Below, in pieces: positions 13,332 through 25,570 of a stretch of 64,000 nucleotides of DNA. Location: the NCBI GenBank assembly GCA_023515725.1, contig JALDTO010000098.1, positions 1,700,164 through 1,764,163 of the forward strand, in the 5' to 3' direction. Source of the DNA: Amoeboaphelidium protococcarum X5. Its lineage: Eukaryota > Fungi > Aphelidiomycota. Under the pieces are notes generated by a model that was not told where the DNA came from, did no database searches, and worked only from the letters and a program-made list of their open reading frames with translations. Made by a program: the position numbers and the translations under genes. Each line of letters begins with the position of its first letter. Within the stretch, counting starts at the first letter, position 1.

Positions 13332-14256
13332 GCGAGACGGTCGAGATTGTAACAAAGCGAGTTCGGTGCGTTTCTCCGGGTGCAAGGTGCAAAACACTAC
13401 CGGTGCAAAAGAAAACAAGCGTTTTATTTGTTTTAAAAGAGTCAGATACAAAGTAGTACTGAAAAACAAACGCGACTTGCCGTGCGAACAACAATGGACA
13501 ACAATGATGATGATCATTGATGCACTTTTCATGAAGCTACCATTGTCTGATGATAAACTCAATGGTATAGATAAGTATTAAAACCATCAATTTCCAAGTT
13601 TAAAAAATACTTGTATATAATAAATACAGTCACAGCGTAATCACTGAATTACTATCTCATACCTAAAACCATGTGCTCAATCATGAGTACCTTGTGTAGC
13701 TCAGACGCGTCGTTGATTATAAGCGAGAGAGACTTTCATCAAGGGCAACAGTCTCTACGCATTATTTCTTTCTATTGTACAGTAATCCGAGACTTGATAC
13801 AAACTACTTATAATCAAATACTTAACAAAAAAATGCAAACTAGACGGCAAGATGGCTGATAATGGAGATAATTAATCAGAGAATGATGACGTCCCTCAAT
13901 GGTATTAGGAAGATGTAGATACCATGGGAGCCAGAGTCGTGGGAGTTTGTTCAAGCTTTGAAAGAGGAGCAAGAGAAATATGACCAAGGCGATTGATTAG
14001 CTATTACTGTTCTTATGGAATTTGAAATATATTTTTTCAACTTCTACTTGACTTTTATCCTCATTTTCTATTAGTCTTGAACTTTCTCTTTTGAATAAGT
14101 GCGATGTGTAATGAATTGTCGCAGGATAATACACTCAACATTTTAACACGTGATGATGAACAGTGTTTTATCAGCAGAAGGTAAGCGCGTGAATCGCTTC
14201 TCAATTCATCAACAGAGTTCATCTGTCAACAAATAGCACTAAAACCAAAGATTTTA

Positions 14257-15248
14257 ATGGACGATTTATCTATTGAAAGTCTGTTCTCTGTCAAGAATAA
14301 AGTTGCTTTAGTTACTGGCGGAAGTCGCGGGTAAGAATGGTATTTCATTCCTTTTATATACGGTGCAGTATGTTCATTTAAGTTTGGGTAGAATCGGTTT
14401 CATGTTTGCCTCTGCTCTGGTTTAGAATGGCGCCAAAGTTTACATAGTGTCGAGAAAGGAGAAAGATGTACGCTCAGCTGCTGACTAACTGAATTCTTCT
14501 AGACCGGGATCCTGCGTAGCAGTTGATGCTGATCTGAGTCATATGGAAGGTATTATGAAAGTTGTCTCATTTGTGAGTGAGCGCGAAACTTCATTGGACA
14601 TTTTGGTGAATAATGCTGGCGCTAATTGGGCTCAAAATGTTGAAAAGTTTACCGAGTCTGCCTTTGATAAAGTGCTCAACCTGAATTTGAAATCAGTCTT
14701 CTTTCTAACTTAAAAGTAAGTGGTTTCATTTACTACTATAAATAATGATGTCACAATGTTTAATAAATGTTAAATCATGTAGGTTGTTACCTCTTTTGAA
14801 AGCATCTGGCGCTAAAAATGCGTCTGACCCTGCGCGTATAGTTAATGTTGGTAGCATAAATGGCCTGATGCCACCGCAATTTCCAACTTATGCTTACAGC
14901 GCTTCTAAAGCTGCGGTCGCTATGCTTTCGAAGCACTTGGCCATTCATCTGAGCCACTTAAATCCATCTACTGATCATTAGAACGCCACCTCATCTTATA
15001 ATATCACTGTGAATACTATTGCTCCAGGATCGTTCCCGTCAAAGATGATGGCGCATACGTTGGAAGCTTTTGGCGAAGATATTAAACGCTCAGTTCCCAT
15101 GAATAGAGTAGGAAGAAGTGCTGATATGGCAGCGACATTGCTATGGCTTTGCGGACTTGGTGGCTCGTACGTTACCGGTGCAACCATTGTAGTTGACGGA
15201 GGTGCGTCAATAGTACCGTCGTTACTGACACAACAATTTAAACTATGA
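14257..15248 (+). CDS. Short-chain dehydrogenase/reductase (3 exons; introns 14331-14391, 14716-14782)
   Basis: TGGSRGIG restored across intron 1; LVNNAG, YAYSASK (YxxxK), VNTIAPG, VTGATIVVDGG. Confidence 0.92.
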
Positions 15249-15314
15249 AATAAATAAAACAATACGAATCAACCAGTATATACTCTTAATCAATCAACAT
15301 TAACGTTTACTTAA

Positions 15315-17462
15315 TCATCTAACTTGGACAGACTCAACGCGTTTATTCTCTTCAGAGTGAAATTTGAACTTACGACGTCCGCCAGAAAATTGATGGCAAC
15401 TATTGCTGAGCACTAATTGCAATATTTCTTCCAATTAAAGCTTTAAAAACGATGCAGACTACCAACATACAAAAGTGGACGGTAGCCGATAGTGTAACCA
15501 CATGTAAAGCATAGTGACTCGATGCATATTCTCAAAGTGCTACAAAACTTATGAGGCCTGCCGTGGATCAGGAATTTCAAATTCATCAACAGGCGGAAAT
15601 AATCGAGTTTCCGACCAGTTTACGTTCTCTTTATCATCCAGCATATCAGTCATTTAAAGACGCTAAATAGCATTCAGACCTGGAGAACTTAACAACGCAT
15701 TTTCCACAGCATTGAATTCAATCAGCTTTCGCCGCTCATTTCTACACCGCGCCAAGACAAAATTTTCAAATATTTTTGCCTCCATTGCCTTATTTAAACT
15801 TGTAGGTGCACAAGTTAGAGTCCACTTATCTTTAAGCGGCAGTGCTCCAGAAGATGACGGAATATCACGCTAGGCCGTCCGGTCACACTTCTCCACAATG
15901 TCAGCGATTTTGATCATATCGCTCAGGTTGGCCATTTCATAATCATCGCTGAGGAGAGCAAACTATTAGAAACTCTGTAAGATCTGGGGCAAGAGGTAAT
16001 CTTTGCCAGTCTGATCTCGCAAAGCTGTGGCAAACTCATTTACGACTTCAAACGTGGGCTGAATAGTGGCATTAGTCAGTTGAGGATCATCGCCAGACAT
16101 TTTACGCCTTAAAATAGGGAAATCTGCTGGAAAGAATGTAGTAACCTCGCCGCCAACAGCTTCTCTCTAACTTCGCTTTTAAGTCTTAGTGGTAGAGGAT
16201 ACATCGGTTTCCTTAGTATCAGAGCCGCTAGAACTATCATCTTGAATTACAGCAAATCTGCCAGCTCGTCCACCAATCTGCTTCGTCTAACTTATGGTCA
16301 ACTCCACTCGCTCCTTATCGTTATTCATCTTTTTCATATCGTAGAAAATCACCCTCTTCACAGCCAAATTGAGTCCCATTCCAATGGCATCACTGGCAAT
16401 TATAACATCATAACCATCAGCTTAAAGATCTCCCCTCGCAAGAGCCTACTGCTTGGCATTAAACAGTTTGGCCTATTCAGCTCTTGATTCTGCGGGCAGA
16501 GAGCCATATACAACAGCGCACTTGAGAGAAGTTTTCTGCTCAACCATTGATTTGATCCAGAATATGTCAGCTCTACTAAAACATATCAAAGCGTCACCTG
16601 GTTAGAGCATGGAGAACTGATTACTACCACCTCTGGTCTTTTCTGATTTTACAACACTGAGCGGCGATAATCTCTAATACTTGTGAACATGAAGAACATC
16701 ACCAGTCTACTCCACAATAGTTTCAATCAACTTTTACGCTCTCAACTCTCCACACAGATGAACTTCTTTGGCGGGAACTCCCAAAAGTGCATGAGTCCAA
16801 GCCCAGCCTCTTTCACGATCACTAATCATTTGAATTTCATCAATCACGGCTACATCATACGGCTATCTGACATTCAGATTAAGCATCTCCACCGTGGAAG
16901 CTGTATGCAGACTATCGCTATCCGATGTGAGAATACTAGACTTTAATCTCTGCTCACCGGTAACTAGATCACATGCAATCTACTCTTAATTCAAGCGATG
17001 AAATATCTCCCAGGCCAGCAATCTCAGCGGTCCAAAGTACACACCGCTACCAGCTTATTTCAACCTTTGTAGAGCATTATAAGTCTTTCCACTATTCGTC
17101 GGTCCAATATGCAGGTGTATCTACCTCTTCCGATCACCGACAAGACAACGAGACTGCTGATACGTAGGCCACTCAGCAGGATGCGTGAGATTAGTGTATT
17201 TAGAAACGGTACTCAGGACTTGCTTCTACTCTGCACTAAGACTTGTCGTCATATCTTTAGACGCGTATCGTATTAACTATGGCATTAGATTTCGCTGAAA
17301 TCCTTGTAAACTTGCTGCATCTTTAACAAAGCTTCTAGCATATTCTGTAGCGACACTTTAAAATTCAGTAGAACTAATACCGAATTATCTAAACAGACTC
17401 AAGTTCTCTTCATTAAAAAGAGATGCAGCAACCTACCTTTACAAACGTTTAATCTTAGACAT
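15315..17462 (-). CDS. SUV3: Mitochondrial RNA helicase Suv3
   Basis: [35 protein letters not shown]...[32 protein letters not shown]. Start codon approximate. Confidence 0.9.
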
Positions 17463-17895
17463 TACAATTATTATTACTTGTGTGATAAGATACAATACGA
17501 TAGGTCTACAAAGAATAATAAGAAACTGTAAAGTGACTTTTTCAATTTTTCTCTCAATCGCGAAACACTTCAAATGTTGTCCTATACTGCTACCATATCA
17601 AAGAAATAGAAAGTCAAAAAAAACTCAAATCTATCTATTATAACTGTTCCTTATAGTTGGATTTAACACCTCTCCCTTCTAGTCATCTACAAATACTAGG
17701 AGATTGCCGACCTGTCTGCAAACCTCGTGTTTGTCATCGCGTCGGCTTGAACAATTTTGTAATCTCTTCTGATCGATCGTTCTGAAACAATTCTCCTCTT
17801 TCTCATAGTTCTATCTTGTTAGAGGCGGAATATTTCATTTATTCATCAAAGTTGATTTTATTACCTAGGCAGTTATCACTTTAATCTAAATTAAT

Positions 17896-20133
17896 ATGCT
17901 GTCTAGAATTCTGTGCGCTTCGCTGTTGGCGATGCTGCAGTGCTCTGCGTCATAAGTTAGTGCCGCGATGTCTGCAGAGTGTTAGAGGCAATTGTTGACT
18001 CTGGATCCGGAATCTCTACCCGTTCTGAAAGCTCTTGATGCTTGGGGTAAACCTGTTGGTGCACTGATGGGTACATTTACATCTATGGGGGATTTTAAAG
18101 AGTGTTTGAAGATTAATAAAGATGCTAGTGTTGATGGTCAGGTGATGTTTAATTACGTTATGGTGGAAGGTGCTTTGAATGTTTCAGCGGCTGGTCAGAA
18201 TGTCAATCTTTAATCATTTCTGGGTATTTGTGTTCCTGAGGTATGTGGAAATTTTAATGACATATCTGCTATTTTTGACTTTATTAATTTGCAAATTCAA
18301 TTTGGTTAATCTGGTGTTTATATAGATTTTGTGTCTGCGGCTGGTCGGATCTTGGCTGGTTCTGTGCCATCATCTGACAAGGGATCTGTCATGTATCACG
18401 TAAATCAGGTGCATCCTCATAAGGTTGTTGAATGGTCTCCAGGTACCTGGGCAATGGTTATAGTTTGGGGCTGTCTGGCTTCAATTGTAGTCTTATCCAC
18501 TCTAGTTGATTACTAGGCGAGATAGCGTAAATTCTGCGCTGCAGTCATGGCTGAATACTTGTAATCTTAATAAGACTCTTGTGGTGTAACAGAAAATGAT
18601 GCCGTTCTGTTTTAATCTAGTAGTGCAGAGACTTTATTACCTAAAAGTGAACTGGAACTGTTGAATGTTGTAAAGAAGCGCAAATAAATGAGCTTCATGT
18701 CTGTCATATAGTCTTTCTCGCTGTACAATACGCTTAGTGCTCTTGTTCATACGTCTTGCAAGTCTTTCTAGGAACTTAAGATTCTGCACATGATAAGGGT
18801 GGTTAGTATCTGCTGGGTCGCTCTGGGACATACTTTCAGTAGTTATATTGAGAATGCTCCTGTGGATGCACTTGATGCTATAGATCTTGTCAAGTCTCCG
18901 GCCATGATGCTCATAATGAATGCATTCTTGTCCGTGGATACGTTCTTTTATTTATCTGGATTTCTAGTTGCATATATGATATTTAGTGATCCCAAATATG
19001 CGCAGAGATTCAATTACGTTAAATATGTTCTTTTACGATACATTAGACTTACTCCCACTGCGATGATTGTTATGTTGACGTGGTGGTTCATATTTCCTAT
19101 TCTGGGTGGCGGCAATCACTACAATGGTAGTCCGATGTGGTACCGCAAAGTTGATCATGTAAATAAAGCATGTCCTTAATACTGGTGGACGCATTTAATT
19201 TATATTGCCAATTTCTATCCCAAGGTGATTGGATAAGAATGTGATCCTCCTTACTGGTACTTATCGGCGGATATGCACCTGTATCTGGTTGCGCCGTTGT
19301 TTATGTTGCCGCTAATATCCAAGCGTAAGCTAGTTTCCAACATTGGGTGGATTCTTATAATGCTTGTTGGTGTGGTCGGCCAAGCTTTGTGGACGATGAT
19401 TCCGTCTATTTTATTGCATATTCCAGCATTACCCACGCCTGTTAATGATGCGCAATTAGGAATTCGCGATATTTAACGAGACATGGCTGTGTGGTAAGAG
19501 AATTTCTATCAGAAAAGTTATAATCACTTGTCGGTATTAATCATTGGTATTGTTACAGCCTACTTATGTGTCTAATAGCGACAAAGATAAACTGGCATTA
19601 GTTAGATCTAAGCATCGTACATTAGCAGAAGGGCCATAACTAAGTGGAGATTTCGGGCTGCATTGATTCATGCTATAGGAGGAGCTCTACTGCTCACGAC
19701 ACTTTTGCTTCCCAACACCTTTGCCAAGAATATGTCACGCTGGCAGTCTGCTGAAGCGAATGCACTGTATCATTACTTGTCTAGAATATTCTGGTCTATT
19801 GGCCTGTCAATGATCATCTGGCCATCGATAACTTCACCAGTGTCTTCTATTGATGGAAAGAATTAAAGATGGTCTCAATTTCTGTTTATCGAGTAGTTGG
19901 CAAGTTGGAATTTGTGGACCGTATTGGGTAGATTAACCTTCTGCGTATACCTGACTCATTGCCTTGTTATTAATTTACAACTGCTCGGCACGTTGAGAGA
20001 GCAGTCTTATTCATGGCCTCTCTTTTTAACGATATACGGTGGAGTTTTGCTCTGGAGTCATTTGATCGCAGTAGTCGTCTACGCATTGGTAGAATAGCCT
20101 TTGAACAACATTGTGAAACTGTTACTAAAGTGA
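17896..20133 (+). CDS. NRF-6 / O-acyltransferase-like membrane protein (NRF domain + acyltransferase-3)
   Basis: Signal peptide; LDAWGKP..G.F.EC (NRF domain); IRVVSICWVALGH, LSVDTFFYLSGFL, RYIRLTP, WYLSADMHLY, LGRLTFCVYLTH, VEQP. Six ORF fragments in one frame. Confidence 0.88.
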
Positions 20134-20214
20134 ATAGTGTTTGATTGTTTATAATGTACTACTAGCTATTTGAATTTATACGACATATCAGTTTCTGTTT
20201 CATCATTAATCAAT

Positions 20215-21942
20215 TCATCCGTCTTAAGCTCGAATTCCTCTAAGCCAAGAATCAATTGCGCCGAAAATTCCATTCCAAAATGACATACCTTCTGTATTGG
20301 GATTGTACCACTTTACATTGTCGAGCAGGAGGGTACTTTTAAAAGTTATTATAGCCGGATTAGTCTTGGTGGTAGATTCGACATCTTTCAGGCGTTCAGA
20401 CAAGTCGACAGGTCGATCTACAAGACACCACGTCATAAAGAGATACCAAACCATTGCTATCACATTATATGTCACATTTGACACCCAAAAATCGATAGAG
20501 AACAACAGATAAGATTAGAGGAATATAAGCACAGTTGGCAGAAATAAGAAAGGTGGAACGATAGAAGCCATAAGCTGGATGTAGTTCAACTTGCGCACAG
20601 AGTTCAGAGTATTAAACAGTGCCAACTTTGAGACGGATGATCCTCGCTATGACGATGTCTGCTGATCAATGATATACTCTTATCCATCTTTAAACTGGAA
20701 TGCAAACGAAACGTTACTCTGCTTACCTTCAAGCATATAGACAGTCTTCCATCTGAGAACGGACGCAGTAAGAATGATATTCAACACAAAACTGATGCAT
20801 ATTCTCATAAATTCTATGGCCAACTATATGAATGCCTGGCCATCGACTGTACCTGAAGAATCCCTGACGCAACCCAAGAGGCAATAAATGAAAATTAGTA
20901 TCGAAAACACAACTTGCTCTCGTAAAGGCACGGCTGTGATAAATATCGACCATCCAGTAGCAATTGTTGCAGTGAGTAGAAATATTAAGCCATCACTGAT
21001 GCAAGTGAACGCGTAAGCAGCACTTGTCAGAGGTCTATATACTCTATACAGCCCATTCGATCGAATCACAGTAAAATAAGCCAATTAAAGAACATTAGAG
21101 CAAAGAATACAGAATATAGCAGCACACAAAAAGACCGGAATAGGAGACTATAACAATCTACATGGCCATACACTCTCATGAGAGATTATGCAAATTAGAT
21201 ATGCTTGAAACAAATGATAAACTTACTTATGGTATTTAAATACAGCAAAGACTACTGTAAGTGTAATACTCCATAAAGCCAAGAGGTATGGAAACTATTT
21301 AGAGTAATTGTTATCATCTGAGGTCATCTCACCTAAGCCATTTCCATTGATCACCTTAAGAGAACCAGAGAACGTGACGGGAGTACTGAAGTTTGGCGCC
21401 TGATATGAATAATCTGGATCGTCCACGGGAAACTCTGGAGATGGTGTCCAAATAATGAGGTAATAATACGAAGGTAGCTTATTCTGTGCATTCAAAGTAA
21501 AATTTACCAAAATTGGACCGTCTCCAGTGGGTAACTCATATCTTTTGATGGACGGCTCAATGAAAGACGATCGCGAGTTGATGTTGTTAAGAACATTCTG
21601 ATACTGCGCTTGAGTATACACGGTTAGATACTTTACAACTAGCGGATACTACAATTAAGTGTGTGTATATAGTTGATTAATAGTAAAAGAGTTAAATCTT
21701 ACATTGGTTTATATCTATATTTCAAAATATGGACTCCCTTCTAACGTCAGAGAAGTATCAGGCACCAGGTTGGTTATCTGCCAGTTTCGCAGAGAATAGG
21801 ATATTCCAAAAAGACTATCCAGAAATCCCTCAGATTATTTTGCAACTGCAACACTACCATCTAACTGTACTCTCAGACTCTGTACATGCTGGATGCATAA
21901 ATAAGTAATGATTAGAAATGTTGATATGGCAGCTTTCACCAT
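20215..21942 (-). CDS. Signal peptide + lumenal domain + multi-pass TM protein, GOST family (GPR180/TMEM145/GPR107-like); intron 21158-21226
   Basis: Signal MVKAAISTFLIITYLC, ~230-aa lumenal region, then hydrophobic helices including IFLL..IATGWSI. Subfamily uncertain. Confidence 0.6.
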
Positions 21943-22627
21943 AATGGAATTGATAAGTTGATTGGTTTCTCCAGAAAGTGGCCGTTGACTGAAACAAGAA
22001 CTGAATTGTCTTCGTAACAACGATATCAATAGGAAACAACATCACAAATTACACTGCAATGAAATGAGAGAAAAACTAATAAATTCACACTATTTAAGAC
22101 GTTACATGTTGAACACATATCACGTGAATGGAGAATAAATTATAGTCATTTACTTTAAAAAAGTCTCATGACGCCTCACTACAGCGTGCGCGTACCTACC
22201 TACCTTTAAACGGATTCAGAATAGCGCGACGATTGAACAAACAGAACGCGGCGGGGCGACACTCGATTAGACGTCGATTTCCTTTTCTGGCGCCCGTCGG
22301 AACTCGACGCCTCCACGCGTAATTCAGTAGTCTTTCCTGATGTGGACAGAGAGAGAGAGACTTGCCCGTCTCGCACATCATTTGACGACAACGATTCATT
22401 CTAGTGCACGAAACGACGTCCGAATAGTCTGGGATTAGAAACTGTGTATAATCCGTTTCGAGTCTGCTGTAAATCCATCTCTGTGTGTAACGTTGTATAT
22501 TGATCATATATACATACTCGAACAGTTACTGTCTATTTGTACCATATTTTATAACTCGTACTCTCTTTATTTCCGTTTCGCTGACTAAATTGATTAATAT
22601 CTACCGTCTCGTCGTGCTGCTCTGGAA

Positions 22628-25387
22628 ATGACTCAGAAAGTGGAAGATTAATCTGGTGTGTAATAAGACTTTCTTTTAAACTCTCACTCTTCTGAACTAA
22701 ATACTTCCTCTGCATCCATTCAACCTTAATACTGGCCTGCCGGTACTGGTGGTGGTATTGGTAGTAGTAATAATCATCCGACTAGTTAGTAGCTATTCAC
22801 TCAGAGGATCACCTGTGACAATGGCGAAGTGTTGGAAGAGGTGCTGTAGAGTCAGTTCCAAGGGCGTCAGGGAGATGTTCTGGCGATCAGGTTCAAGATT
22901 AGTCAGCCTATAAGTGATGATGATCATAGCTCGGGTGGTCAGGGCTACCAATAGTCTCAAAGCGGTCAGTGTGATCCAAATGGAGTCTAATCAGATGCTG
23001 CTGATGATCATGTGTATTAGCTGTGTTTAGGCGCGTTACCGCTTGAGACTGAAGTTACTGAACTTTGTGCCAACATTCCATTGCGATGTGTCAACTCAAA
23101 GGGAGTTAAAACGTAGAAGTAATAGCAATTATAGCAATCAGCTGCTGCAGACAAAGAGAACCATAACAGCAGTGCAGAGAATTCATAGTTCCGCGTGTAG
23201 TCCATTATCATATTGAAGAGTGTTGTACCATCGTTGGAGTAGACTTAGTGGTTCGATGTTAATGTTCCTATCCAGATATTGAAGTTGAAGGGTGAACAGA
23301 TTGTGACAACTGCTCATATCGGTGCCTTTAGTTACATGAATCACAACAGAAATGATGACGGTAATGTCCGTTGTAATTTCAATGATCCAACTCTGCATGG
23401 TGGCTATTATTCTTATGGTGGTGGTGCATCAGCTACCACTTCTGCAGCAGGTCCGCCATCTTAATAATAATCATCATCATAATTGAAAGCTTCAAACAAT
23501 GATCCATCACTTGCACCTAATCCTCTGCTCAATCCTGATTGTTTATCCTAATTCATTCAGTATCGTCATTCTCCTCAGACTTCAGCGTTGGAATGCGCAG
23601 GTGGTGATGTCAACTCTGGTGGTAACGCTGGTTCTGCTACAGGAACTGCAGATAATAATGATTCTAATGCTGTGGTGAATGACCTTCCATCTGCCGTGGT
23701 TCGTGATCTGGATAGTCCATCAATGAGCTAGCTCTAAACTCATCTAACTCCATCTTTACATCTGCAGTATTCGCGACCACCGTCACAGTAGTCTCATTAT
23801 AGCATTCCACATTAATCTCATCAGTTGGAGCACTAGTAGTAGTAGCAGTAGGTACAACAATAGCAGCGACAATAGCCTGCTCAAAGGTAGACTCGTCAGC
23901 AGAACAAGAAGCCGCGTAAAAGTTCTGTTGGCTCAGTGTCTGTTGCTGCGCGCAGAAATCGTGATGAATCCACCGCCGCACACGGCCATGATGGATACAA
24001 TATGCCCGTGAGATACTTGAAGTAATTTGAAGAGGTGCTCGAGGAATGGACACCGCTTGAGATGTCACACGGTCGCCGAATTGTGGCTTTCACCATTGAG
24101 CATGATAAGAAGAAGCAGGACCTCATCCATGTTAATCTGGATAAACCGGCTACACTAGACGATGAGACTTTGGTTGATATGTAGATTGTTTAGCTGGAGC
24201 ATATCTTTAGTGGCAAGTTCTCGCGTGAGAGCGGTGATGTTCTGGTGAATTGTATTTCTGCTCAATTGACTGATGACTCTCTTGGCTACTTTATCACTAG
24301 TGTGGACTTGGTCTATCTCCTGGAGAAGATTGTCGGTATAAAGTTGTTGGCTGAGACCAAGAACAGAATTAGACGAACGTTGGAGAGATTCCAGCCGCTG
24401 ACCATCCCTAAGCCTGGTGTGCAGAAGAATGTCCACAAGAATAACAGTAATAATAATCAAGCTTACTCTGGTGCCTCTATTTAAAATCAGGTGGATTTCT
24501 TCATGCGTTTAATGTCCTTTGATGAACCAAAGCCGCGAAATATTGAGAAGGATATCAAAATCTATCCATGGGTCAATATTCCAAGTGCTCTTTTGCGAGT
24601 GTTGGAAAAGCATGCTGATGAAATCGTTGAACTCTCTGCCAGTTAAAAGTCTCAAATGGAGAATGGTGCTCTGCAGGCACACAGTGCTTCTGGTGCTGTT
24701 TACAGAATTAAATCTGCCGTGGGGAATAAGCGGAAATCTATTGCTGCATCTGCTGCTCGTTCTATTGAAGATGTTGATGAATATTATGAAAATGGCAATG
24801 GGGGTCAGGGCTCTTAATAATTCCGTAAAAAGTCCAAGAGTGACGTTCACATGATGTAACATTAGCAGCAGTTTGCATATCAATCATACGGTTAATAGCA
24901 TGCAATGCTGCAACAGATTTAGCCATAGCAACATTAGTCACAGTAATAGTAATAATAGGTGCCGTCTCAGTAGCAGCAAATGCCATAGGCCTAGTTGCAG
25001 GTTCATAGCTTCCCGCTGGAGGACGAGAAGTGCCATGGCGCAGATAATGATGATGATTAGTATCAGTCTAATAATGTTCCCTAGGTGCCGTAACAATAGG
25101 AAGAGCTGAGGTAAACGTCGGCTGGTGCTGGCCATCAATATGCCGACTTTGCCAAGTCCTTGCTGTCTCTGTCTTAGCCTAATCATCCACAACTGGCTTA
25201 TGATCAATAGTATGATTTCAACACTGGTGTGGCTGTTGGCAATGGTGGTTTCGTTAAACAGATTGTGGTGCCTAACCTTTACGCGACAAGTGGCTCTGTC
25301 TCAAGAGCTACTAGCTCCGCTAATTCTTCCAATTCCAACTCTGATGACAGTCATGGTGTCATGGATGACGTTCTTGAAGACATGTGA
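22628..25387 (+). CDS. medA: Medusa/MedA-like transcriptional regulator
   Basis: Conserved core WTPLE...RRIVAF, NCIS, YFITSVDLVYLLE, KNRIRRTLE.FQPLTIPK, FF..LMSF.EPKPRNIEKDIKIYPW....ALL..LEK. Long Q/N/G/S low-complexity flanks. Confidence 0.85.
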
Positions 25388-25570
25388 GTCTAATGTTAAT
25401 TGATCAGTAGTGTTGAGAACGTTGTAAAGGAGTTCCAATCCAATCAATGTATATATATGCTGAATAAGAGGTGAGAGTGTATAGTGAATAAGCGTGATCA
25501 AGAAATGGTTGTAAGTTAAAGATCAAAATATATGTAAATTTTATTCAAAGCGCTCGATTACTATTTCTAT

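Noticed and set aside
13852-13983. Short ORF MADNGDNQSENDDVPQWYQEDVD... and an overlapping frame (..IPWEPESWEFVQALKEEQ..)
   Set aside because: Too short, no recognisable family; short open frames are expected when there is only one stop codon. Could be a gene or TE remnant but is unsupported.
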